Below are positions 1 to 10,432 of a DNA stretch of 64,000 nt, one piece after another. Every line of letters begins with the position of its first letter. Positions within the stretch are counted from its first letter, which is position 1. This DNA comes from Lama guanicoe (taxonomy: Eukaryota). A program made the position numbers and the translations under genes. The notes below the pieces were generated by a model. That model worked only from the letters and a program-made list of their open reading frames with translations, was not told where the DNA came from and made no database searches. Where the stretch lies: NCBI GenBank assembly GCA_013239625.1, contig MU054338.1:2544977-2608976 (forward strand), written 5' to 3'.

Positions 1-499
1 TAAAAAACTGTCCTTGCCTCTCATGACAAACACTGTATTTATGTGACCATGTGCTGGTTGGTTGTTATTTTTACACATTAACAAATCTTTAATTTTTCTC
101 AGTTTTAATTTATAATATGTAAATATTATCCATGATGATAATCCACTTAAACAGAAGCTCCTTGGGGGTCCTCAGTCCTTTTCAAGGGTGAAAAAGGGGC
201 TCCTGAAGCCAAACGGTTTCTTCCAGGGGAGAGTGTGGTCTGGGATGTGATAGGCTCCAGCCGGCCACCACGGGGACTGGGCAGACCAGAGATCAGCAGG
301 GCCTGCTCCCTGCCAGCCGCCCCACCCCCCGCCCCCACCCCAGCTGCCGGGGTGCCTGAAGCCTCAGGCAGTGACTCCAGGCCTCTCGTGGGCACCAGAT
401 GAACGGCCCCCGGTGTCACGCTGAGACTTTCTGGCGGCCAGGGTCCCCAGAGCGAAGCTCTCTTGGGGTTCACTACTGTGGACCTTACTTAAGCCCATC

Positions 500-1300
500 T
501 TGGCAGCAACCCCCTTAGAAAGGAAGTTGCCTGCGGTGCGGCGCCCGGACCTCTCCCCGGCCCGCTGCTGTGGCGAGGACAGGAGTGAGCGGGGTGGGGG
601 GTTCCTTTCCTCAGCACCAGCACCGGCTTCAGTGTCAGGGTCAGGCGCGGGGACACCCTGGGCCGGATATTTTTAGGGAGGGAAGATGTGTGGTCGGTTA
701 TCTGCCCCGTGGGCAGTCTGGCTAGGAGGAGGGAGGAGGAGGAGGAGGGGAGCGAGAGCAGGAGGAGGGGAGAGGCAGCGGGGTGACATCCACCCGCACC
801 CCCCTGCCCTGCCGCCCGTGACTAATTTAGGAAAAAGGCACCGTGGAGCTATTTCCATCCAGCGGGAACAGGTGCAGGCGCCCCCCGCGCCCCTCCCGCG
901 CAGGCCCGCGCTCCCCATAGGCCTTCGGACCGCGCCGGCCTATAAAGGCGCAGGGTTTTCTCAATGAAGCCGCCGCCGCCGCCGGGAGGCGTTCGGGAGC
1001 GCGCTTCGGGGTGCAGGGAGTCGGGAGCCGGCCTGCAGAGCGCGGTCCCCACCGCCCCTCCGCGCGGAGATGAAGTACATCGTGGGCATCGGAGGGTGAG
1101 CGTCCGGCGTCCCCGGCGGGCTGCTCTGCTGGGGCCGAGGCGCGCCCCCGGGCGGGCGGGCGGGCGGGGGACGCGCGGGCCGGCCGCCGGGGATGCGCGG
1201 AGGGCTGCCCGGGGATGGGGTCCAGGGGTCGGCCGCCCAAGGTCGGAGGGCGAGGGCGGGATTTCTCTCTGCCCTCGGGGGCTCTGGGCCCGCAGCGGTA
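500..1300 (+). promoter_or_regulatory. NMRK2 CpG-island promoter with TATA box (TATAAA 941-946), E-box CAGGTG (869-874) and MEF2-like ATATTTTTAG (667-676)
   Basis: High CpG density around the first coding exon; motifs read directly; TATA is ~130 nt upstream of the ATG. Confidence 0.7.
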
Positions 1301-4300
1301 TGCGCAGGCTGGGCACGGGGCCCAATTTTAAATTTCCGAACGGAAATTACTTCTCCCCAACACACACTGAACTCTGTGGGGGATAGAAGACTTTATAAAG
1401 CTCAGGCAGACCCTCCTTAAGGTGCTGGGCCATCCGTGGGGGTGGGGGTGGGGAGACATGGACCCCAGGGAGGCACGTGGGCAGGTGGGGCGGGGAGCCC
1501 AGAATGGCACTCCCCTGATTGTGGCACCTGCTTTTTAACCACGGCTGCTGACCCTCAGGGAGGGGCCTTGCCTTTCCCAGGTTTCAAATTCTCCGTTTTA
1601 CTACTAATAACCAGGCCTTTTAAGATGATGCCTGAGAAACATGAAGCATAAGCAAGGCTGGCGTGGGGCTCCCTGCCTGGGGTGACCTGGGTCCTTCCCC
1701 GTTGGTTTAACGCTCCATCACTCTCTTGAAATTCCTGGCAAGAGTGAGTCCAAGGGCACCCCATGTCTTCCTGCGGGGCGAGGCGTTCTGTAGCCAGCGC
1801 TAAGGGCAAGGTGTGCCTTTGAGCAAGAACCCAAATGAACATCAGGCGTGTTCTAACCTGCTCCCCATAATCTATGGGGGTCGCCTTTCCCATCGGCTGC
1901 AGCTTCCCCACTTCCACGCCCAGATTTCCACCCGATTCCTAGATCCGGGACACCCAGGTCAAAGGGACACGCATTTCCAGAAAGGCCTGACAGCTACCCT
2001 TCTCTGTCCTTCATCAGCCCTAGTCCAGAGCTCTTGGGGGTGACCGTCATTCTACTTTTCCTGGGACTGAAGTGTCCCCAGGACTTGGAACTTTCAGCAC
2101 TAAAACCAGAGACATCCCGGGCAAACCAGGATGAACCAGTCATCCTGCTTTGCCAATTGCTTTTTAAAAATCTTTGTCGTAGGGTGATTGCCTCTTCCCA
2201 GTTTTGCAGTGAACTGCTGGTTTTCCTGTCACAGATATCTTTTCTCCCCTAGCTTGCACTTGCTTTAATGTTTTGGGTTTTTTTAAGCCCTCCTGAGGCT
2301 AAGTTACACTTAGGCCTCAGTGTCCTCATCTGGAAAGCTCTGCGCCCCGCCTCCTGGGTTTACAGTAACGCTAAAGGAGTCTGAACACAGAAAGCAGTGC
2401 TTCCATGACCCCAGCTAAGACCACGTGTTAGCTTTTTTGTTTGTTTTCATACCCTCTGCCCCTTTTCTCTGTTTCATCAGGCAGGCACGCACAGGCCTGT
2501 GCCTGGCCCGGGCAGCCCGGGCTGACTGCTTAGAAAGCCCTCTGTGACCGTGGGTGAATAAACATACCCCCTTAGCTCTACGGTTTTACAGGCCCGTGTT
2601 TTCAATTTGAGTCTGATCCTGGGGGGGCCCTCAGATCTGGAGGGGGGCCTCAGATCTGCGCAGGCCCAGAGAGGGGACCCAGGCAGCCTCACGTGTGTGC
2701 TCTCTCCACAGCGTGACCAACGGCGGCAAGACCACACTGACCAACAGCCTCCTCAAGTCACTGCCCAACTGCTGCGTGATCCACCAGGATGACTTCTTCA
2801 AGGTGGCCGCCCCGGCCGGGGGTGGGGGGAGGCGGCCCCTGAGAAGAAGCCTCGGGGCAAGCAGACCTCTCCAGGGTCACCCTGGGCTAACCCACGCTGG
2901 GAGAGCGAGGGACGGGCATTCTCGATTACTGAGCACCTACTGTGCATCTGGCACATTCTCTCAGCACACCTGTCCCCCATGGGACCAATGAGGAAACTGC
3001 AGTTCCCAGAGGGGGCGTGCCACCTGAGCAGTACCCTTTATCCTCTGCACCTCCACTTTCCCATCTGCAAAATGGGCTGAGTGTACCCTTGATGTTTTGT
3101 GGAGGGTGAGGGGTAAGGAGATGATGGACACACAGTTGCCCCACTCCTGGTCCCAAGAGTTACAAGGCTGGGGAGGGGCTCTGAGTGCCAGTCTGAGTGC
3201 CCGGGACCTCCGAGCCTTTAAGCATCAGCTACAGGGGGACGGGACAGGCAGGTGCTCCCGGACCCCCACTGTGGCCTCTCCAAGTGCTGTCACCCCAGGG
3301 TGGGGTGAGGTGGGAAGGCGGGCACTGAGCCCGCGGCTTGGGCTCCTCTGTTTCAGCCCCAAGACCAAATAGCAGTTGGGGAGGACGGCTTCAAACAGTG
3401 GGACGGTAAGGATGGACGGCAGCCCCGCGCCCCCTGCCCACACTGTCTCCTGGCCCCCTGCCCCACCAACGCCCGCTCTCCCACCCCCAGTGCTGGAGTC
3501 CCTGGACATGGAGGCCATGCTGAGCACCGTGCAGGCCTGGGTGAGCAGTCCTTGGAAGTTTGCCCGCGCCCACGGGGTCAGTGTCCAGCTGGACGCCTCG
3601 GACACACATATCCTCATTCTGGAAGGCTTCCTGCTCTACAGCTACAAGTGAGCCTCTGTGGGTTCAGGCCCCAGGCAATCGAGGCCCTCCCAGGCCACTG
3701 AGTTTTTATTTCAGGTGTCCTATGGGACACCAAGGCCTGGGTGTGTGGGAGGTGCAGCGGGAGGCTCAGTGCTGCAGGCAGTGCTGGGCTCAGCTCAAGG
3801 GTCCGGGGCAAACATGCATACTCCTTGGGGAAACTCAGCTTCCTCAGGCAGAGCTGGAGGCTGGGTGGGATCCCCAGCCTTGCTGTGTGACCCCAGGCAA
3901 GACAATATACCTCTCAGTGCCCATCCAAATCGGGCGAGAGGGAGGACTCTGTCCTCGGGGAGGGATCTGCTGCAAGGATGCTCCTGGGCGCAGTAGAAGA
4001 CTGGCTGATGCTGGTCCCCTCTCTCACCCCTAACTAATCAGGTCAGAACCCCCAGCCCTCACCAGCCAGGAAAGCTCCTGGAGGCCAGGGCCCTGGGGGG
4101 ATGTGCTTTGACCATGGGCACTGACCGTGTCCGCCCCGCCTCCAGGCCCCTGGTGGACTTGTATAGCCGACGGTACTTCCTGACTGTCCCGTATGAAGAG
4201 TGCAAGTGGAGGAGAAGGTAATTCTGGAGGCCCTGTCTGCATTCCCAGGTGGGACCAGGAAACCAGGTAATGCCTGTGGACACAGGGCCACCCTGAAGGC

Positions 4301-5043
4301 AGCAGGCTCCTGGGTGGCCAGTGCTGTGTTCCAGAAGCCCACAGCCTGGGGCTTGGATAGAGTGGCCCACTCAGGCGCTGCCCCAGACATCTCCCAGACC
4401 CGCCAGTGAAGATGCTGGAAGTTGGGGCACCCAGGCCCCATCGCAGAGCCCCTGACTCAGTGGGGTCCTCGTCCCCCGTGGTGCTGCCCCTGACCCAGTT
4501 CTCACACCCAAGGTTCTGCTCATGGCACCACCCTTGGGTGACATGGGTATCACTCATTCTCATCCATCTCCTTCCCCAGCATTCGAAGCTACCCAGTCCC
4601 CGACCCCCCCGGCCTCTTCGATGGCCATGTGTGGCCTATGTACCAGAAGTATAAGCGGGAGATGGAAGCCAGTGGCGTGGAAGTAGGTAAGTCCCTGAGT
4701 AGGATGAGGCCAGCCCTTCCCCACTGAGACCGTCTGGGAAACCTGGAAGTCCCTCCCTGAGTCTCACTACTAGTCTCTTGCCTTGGGCCCCAGAGACCAA
4801 TCTGTTCCAGCAGCCTGACTCCGTAGGTCAGCTTCCTCCTGACCCAGCAGTCCACCAGTCCTCTTTGAGCCAGCCACCTGCCTCCTGGCAGCAACCCCAG
4901 TGACCTGGCCCTCGGCGAAGTCCCGAGGGGCCCTGATTGTGGCCTTTCTGATTTCAGTGTACCTGGACGGCATGAAGTCCCGCGAGGAGCTCTTCCACCA
5001 AGTCTTGGAAGACATTCAGAACTGGCTCCTGAACCGCTCCTAG
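1070..5043 (+). CDS. NMRK2: Nicotinamide riboside kinase 2 (MIBP/ITGB1BP3), 195 aa; coding exons 1070-1095, 2712-2802, 3357-3405, 3491-3647, 4146-4217, 4580-4686, 4958-5043
   Basis: Spliced translation [65 protein letters not shown]...[35 protein letters not shown]...[18 protein letters not shown]...[29 protein letters not shown]-loop GxxxxGKT present; all introns GT-AG with consistent phases; 588 nt total. Confidence 0.97.
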
Positions 5044-5250
5044 GCGTAGCCGGAGAAGAGGGGCGTCGCCCCCGACTACAGGGACCCACACACTATTCCA
5101 GCCACAGCACGGCCAGGCTGGTCTCATCCCAGCCAGACACTGCGTGACCATTGCCCTTTGGGGAAGTCTGTATATATGAGAGTGGAAGCCCCGCTCGCAG
5201 CCCAGTGTCCCGCCCTGAGACGCCTCTGTAACCTCGACGGCGGCTTGTGT

Positions 5251-5256
5251 ATTAAA
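5251..5256 (+). terminator. NMRK2 polyadenylation signal (ATTAAA)
   Basis: ATTAAA ~210 nt after the stop codon, followed by T-rich and GT-rich sequence (tgtttttt, tgttgtgttt). Confidence 0.7.
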
Positions 5257-6049
5257 CCTCACCCTGTTTTTTAATCGTTGGGGTCCAGCCTGTTGTGTTT
5301 GAGGTGCTAAGAGGGACACTCCTGCCCCCTCTCAGTGCATTGGTGGCCCGTGGGGGTGGCATTGCGAGCTCTGGGCAGGCAGTCTCTACCTGTTGGACCC
5401 ATGCCAGCGTGACCCTGGAGGGCTACTGGGGGGACTTCGGGCCTGGTTTCTCCAAAAGCAAAATTTCCCACCAGCTTTCAACAAACAGTACAGCACGGCC
5501 CAGACCAGGGACTCGGAGGCCAGCCAAGCCTGAGGGTGCCCTTGGCTCATAGCTGAGCCCCACCCTCACTGCATGCCAGCACCTCCTCTGTGATTGGAGC
5601 TGACACCTACTTTGTTGTGTTATGGGGAACCTCTGAGGACCCAGGGTGCTCGTAAGGACACACCTCCTATCCCAGAAACCACATCGCCCTGAGCCTTGCC
5701 CAGAACGTTGGTGAGACAGTTTATCGTGTACACCCATTTCACAGACAGGAAGACTGAGGCTCAGAGATGGTCAGTGGCCTAGGAGCTGGGATTTGATCTC
5801 AGATCTCCTCAGATGCTATTATTTTTGCCCAAGGGAGGTTGGGCTCCCATAGAGATCGAAGATGGGGGTAGACAGAGTAGGGGGAGAGAGGAAGAGGACA
5901 GGGTGCCCCTTGACCAAGGATGACGCCCCAGGGCCAGCCGTGAAACTGAAGCCACCTGCCCCACTCAATCCAGAAGGGCAGGAAAAACCTGCAGTCCAGC
6001 CAGCTTTGAACAAAGCCAGGGAATATTTAGGGAAAAAAAAGAAAAGAAA

Positions 6050-6730
6050 GAACAAATTACCATATAACCTAGCAATTCCACTCGTAGGAATATACGCAAA
6101 AGAATTGAAAACAGGTGTTCAAACAAGAACATCTACATGAATATTCAAAGCAGCACTATTAACAGTGGCTAAAAGGTGGGAGCAACCTAAACACCCATCA
6201 AATGATGGGTAAGCAAAATGTGGTCCATCTACATACTGGAATATTATTCAGCCTTAGAAAGAAAGAAGTTCTGACACCTGCTCCAACAGGGATGAGTATT
6301 GAGGACATGATGCTCAGTGAGAGAACCAGACACAGAAGGACAAATATTGTCTGATTCCACTCGTATGAAACGTCAGGCTAATCCGCAGAGACAGAGAGCG
6401 GATTCCTGGCTGCCAGGGGCTGGGGGAGGGGAGGAGTGACTGCTGAAGGGGACAGGCTTTCTATTCGGGGTGATGGAATATTCTGGAATTAAACAGAGGT
6501 GATGGTTGCACAACACTCATTTAAAATGATTAAATTTAGGGGGAGGGTATAGCTCAAAGTGGTAGAGCACATGCCTAACATGCACAAGGTCCTGGGTTCA
6601 ATCCCCAGTACCTCCTCTAAAATGTAAATAAATAAACCTAAGTACATCCCTCCTCCCCCCCAAAATTAATTAATTAATTTAAAATTTTTAAATGATTAAA
6701 TTTATGTTGTGTGAACTTCACCTCAATAAG
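6050..6730 (+). mobile_element. Old LINE-1 (L1MB-like) 3' fragment interrupted by a SINE
   Basis: Characteristic L1 ORF2-end/3'UTR words: agcaattccactc, ggaatattattcagcc, ctcagtgagagaaccagacacag, ggtgatggttgcacaac. Confidence 0.8.
6539..6689 (+). mobile_element. tRNA-Ala-derived SINE (camelid Vic-1-like) with 15-bp target-site duplication
   Basis: GGGAGGGTATAGCTCA..GTGGTAGAGC...GGTCCTGGGTTCAATCCCCAGTACCTCC head with A/B boxes, AT-rich tail; TSD AAATGATTAAATTTA at 6524-6538 and 6690-6704. Confidence 0.85.
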
Positions 6731-7385
6731 AAGAAGAGGGAGGGAGGAAGGGCGATCAGGTCCGGGCGCAGGACGGGGCACAGGCGCAGTGAGGGCCCCA
6801 CGGGCTGTCTGGCTGCACCTGCAGTCAGCGAGGAGGCGGCGGTAGGGTGAGGGTTGCGGGTGTCCAGAGCCCTGCGCCTCACTCGCCACACAGCCCAGGC
6901 CCTTCATTTCACTGCCTGCGACAACCCCACTGTCCTCCAAGCTTCTCACGGTAGGGTCCGTGGACTGGGGTCTCTGTGTGCCCAAAGGACCCCCGCCCTT
7001 CGCCACAGAGCAGGCGGGCAATGGGTGGGTCCGACAAGCTCCATCCCAGCCGGGTTTGGGGCCCCAGGCTCCAGGAAAACGCTCACTTCCTGTGCCCCAG
7101 GCGGGAGCCTCCTGATGGGCCGGTCCACCTGGCTGCTGCCCCTCCTAAGCACAGCCTTCCTGCTGATAACAATCCCCCAGCACAGCCATCACTGCTGCCC
7201 TCTGCCCCTATGGCCTCAAGACCCAGCACAGAGCAAGACACAAGACAGAGTGCTGAGCAGACAGACGGACGGCAGCAGAGCCGGGAGGACCCGCTGGGCC
7301 TGGCGCTGGTCCCTGGCACTAGCTTCAGCTGAGGCCCCACGCAGCTGTTTCCCCACCGACCTGAAGACCCAGTGCAGGCCGCTAG

Positions 7386-7490
7386 TAGGGTGACCAACTG
7401 TCCGGATTTGCCAGGGACTTCACAGCTTTAGCACTAAAAGTCCCGCTTCCCCAGAAATCCCTCAGAACCGACCAAGATGGTTGGCCCTGT
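7386..7490 (+). mobile_element. MER96-like hAT MITE; similar copies at ~2036-2145 and ~9062-9170
   Basis: tagggtgaccaactgtccggatttgccagggact...ttagcactaaaagtccc...ggttggccct; the cagcactaaaa/cagcactgaaag core is shared by all three copies. Confidence 0.55.
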
Positions 7491-7709
7491 ATCTGCTAGT
7501 CTTCCAGGACCCGCAGAAGACGGGTAAAAGGGCCCACAGGCTGAGGGTCGGGAGGGCGCGGCTGCCGTCCCTGCCTGGCTACCGACGAGCTGTGCACCTC
7601 CGCTCCAGACACCATGTCCTGGTGTATCTGAGCAGGATTTGAATCTGTTCTCTCCTCACTTCAAACAAAGAAACAAAAGCAGAAAAAAAAAAAAAAGAGA
7701 GAGAGAGAC

Positions 7710-7965
7710 ACTCATGGGCTGAACTGTGTGCCCCCACATTCATGTGTTGAAGCCCTGACTCCCAGGACCTCAGCGTGTGATTATATGTGGAGGTGATTAT
7801 ATTAAGATGGGGTCCCAAGGGTGGGCCTCAGTCCAATATGCCTGGGGTCCACGTAAGAAGAGGAAGCTGGGACTTGCAGGGGGAAGACCCGTGAGGGCGC
7901 AGGGAGAAGACACCCATCTGGAAGCCAAGGGGAGAGGCCCAGGGGGGACCCAGCCTGCAAACCCG
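7710..7965 (+). mobile_element. ERVL-MaLR (MLT1-like) LTR fragment
   Basis: atgggctgaactgtgtgcccccacattcatgtgttgaagccct...aagccaaggggagaggcc. Confidence 0.7.
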
Positions 7966-8286
7966 GACACAGAAGGAGGGTTTGCAGTTGCCAGGGGCTG
8001 AGGAGGGCGTGGAGCGTGACTGGTAACGGGACAGGGCTTCTTTTGAGCGGGGGTTAAATATTCTCAAACTGATTGTAGTTGATGGTCGCACAACCCTGTG
8101 AATACACAAAAATCCCTGACGTTTACATGTCAGATGGATAAATTGTATGGTGTTGATTCAATCTCAATAAACCTGTTTTTAAAAACCTTTCACAATTTTT
8201 AATAAGAAAAAAAACCCCACCCAATGTACCTTTTATTTTATTCAGTGGCATTTTCAACACTTGTGTCTTTAATCAAAAATGCAGGT

Positions 8287-8372
8287 GGGAGGGTATATGT
8301 CAGGGCTGGAGCGCGTGCTCAGCAGGCACCAGGTCCTGGGCTGCATCCCCAGTACCTCCATTAAAAAAAAAA
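8287..8372 (+). mobile_element. tRNA-derived SINE (same family, short/diverged)
   Basis: GGAGGGTATA..GAGCGCGTGCTCAGCA..GGTCCTGGG..CCCCAGTACCTCCA followed by poly(A). Confidence 0.75.
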
Positions 8373-10218
8373 TCGCTGCTGACATAATCACTAACAGTAC
8401 ATTGCTGTCATGCTAATAAACTGGGCACATGGTTTAATGGGGCATTAAACATTATTCACTTAAACATTTATTTTGCGTAGTACTTGAGGAGGGAAACTAT
8501 GGCGCATGGGCCAAATCCAGCCCACGGCATGTTTCTGTAAAGCCCTTGAGCTAAGAATGGGTTCATATTTTCAAATGGTCATGGAAAAAAGTAACAAGAA
8601 GAATTAAATTTCATGACACACGCAAATTACGTGGAATCCACATTTCAGGGTCTATAAATACAGCTGCCTTGGCCGGCAGCCAGCCCATCCAAGCGCGCCG
8701 CGGGGCTGCTTTCAAGCTGCCTGGCTGAGTGAGGCGCTGCGGCAGAGACGCACACGTCTGTACAGCCGAAGTCCCTTGCCGCAGCCTGCGTGGCACATGC
8801 GAGGCCTGGGCCGGAGGGCCCTGGGGAGAGGTCGCTGTGTCCTGGAGGCCGGGTGGGAACTGGTGCCGGGCCAGGAGGGAGCACAGGCGGGCCTGCCAAG
8901 GCCTGCCCTTTGCCACAAGCACGCAGCACAGTGAGGCTGGTCTGCTCGTCACCAGGCCTGATTTAGTCCAGGATGGGACAGGGACACGGGAGAGGTGACT
9001 CCGGGGCAGCCAGAGCCCTGCCTGGCCACCAGACTCCTCAGTCTTTACGAGAACAGTAGCAATAGGGGGACCTCTTGGTCCCAGTTTGCCCAGAACCTTC
9101 CCGGTTTCAGCACTGAAAGCTCCCCCCCGGGAAAGCCCAGGCCCAGGGGAACAGGAAGCTGGCCGCCCTGGCCGGGGCCGACCACCTTGAGAAGTCAGGT
9201 TACTCTATGACCCACCTCTCTAGGATTCAGAGACGAAAAGACACGGCCAACGTCACTGAGCAGAGCTAAGACTTTAACTCAAATCTCAAATGCCAATCCA
9301 GGGCCTTCTCCAGCCAGGGAAGGACGCCTCACCCTCACCCCATCGGATCTTCCGTCTTTCCATCCACGTCCCAGGAAGATTCTCTCGTTCCTCCCATAAC
9401 CACTTGGTGGGCCCAGCAAATCCAGCCCTGCTGCTGCCTGTGCCGGGGTGGCTCTGGGCAGCGATGACGCCGTAGACTAACCTGTGCCTTTCCTGCGGCC
9501 CCTGCCCTCCCCAGGCAGAACCCCAAGACACATCTGATGCGCCCCTTCTGTGTCCACCAAGCACCCCCAGGGGTACCCCTCAGTCAGTGCCAGGTGGTCT
9601 CCTCTGGCCCCAGGACAGGACACCCTAAGACAGGGCAGCCCAGAGCATAAGTGGGCAGCTGCGGAACCCAGCTGCCTCAGCCCCTTCCTTGCGAGAGGTC
9701 CCCGGGCACGCAACAAGTGCCACTTCCGTGCCTCGGCTCCCTCCCTGTGCTGTGGATGTGCGCTGCTGATTTTTTTTGTGGCCGGCTAGCCACCCACCGT
9801 GATGAGGAGCTGCGGCCGGGCTGCGCCCCTGTCCTGTGCCTGGCTGCTGGCAGGACCAGGCACTGCCAGGCTCCCCCTCCCCCAGAGAAGCCTCCAACTC
9901 CCGGCACCCCCGCTGCCTCTGAGGCCACTCACTCTCCTCCCGCCCTCACCACGGGGCTGCGGACGCCCCCACGGTCAGCACAGCGCTTAGCTATTGTTGT
10001 TGTTGTTATGAGTCTCGCTTATTTGATTGATTTTAACTAAATTCATTCAAGAGGAAACTTTATGGCCTTGCTGTGGAAGGGAAAGCTTGAGTTTCCTGAC
10101 ACACATTAGAATAGAGCTCATCACTACAAACACTCAGAACACCTGCCCACCCATCCCCTACGACCACGCTGGGGCGCCCAGCAATAAGCACCCCGCCTTC
10201 CTGAGAACCACCTCAAGT

Positions 10219-10432
10219 CAGTGCTTCTCAACTGGGGGTGATTCTGCTCCCTGCCCTCCGGGACACGGAGCCACGTCTGGGAATGTCTGAAATTGTCAGA
10301 CTGGGGTGCTCCTGGTACTAAGGGGGTGGAGGCCACGGATGCTGCTCAACCCCCCACAGTGCCCAAGACGGTCCCACAACTGAGAACAATCAGGCCCAAA
10401 TGTCAACAGTGCCAAGGGGGAGACACCCTGGA
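10219..10432 (+). mobile_element. MER20 (hAT-Charlie) DNA transposon
   Basis: cagtgcttctcaactgggggtgattctgc...ggatgctgctcaac...cccaaatgtcaacagtgccaagg...accctg. Confidence 0.75.

Noticed and set aside
723..775. (GGA)n purine tract and other G-runs (e.g. 42540-42570) as G-quadruplex/triplex candidates
   Set aside because: Such runs are ubiquitous in this GC-rich region, and one lies within an L1 remnant; no specific support.
2620..2658. Short direct repeat ggggg(c)cctcagatctg x2 in NMRK2 intron 1
   Set aside because: Small local slippage duplication with no array structure or evidence of function.
6539..6616. Apparent tRNA gene (also the other SINE heads)
   Set aside because: Followed by a SINE body and A-rich tail with TSD, stems are degenerate, and there are multiple dispersed copies; not a functional tRNA.
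8650..8665. MEF2/TATA-like CTATAAATAC
   Set aside because: Inside a MER58-like transposon remnant and an imperfect match.
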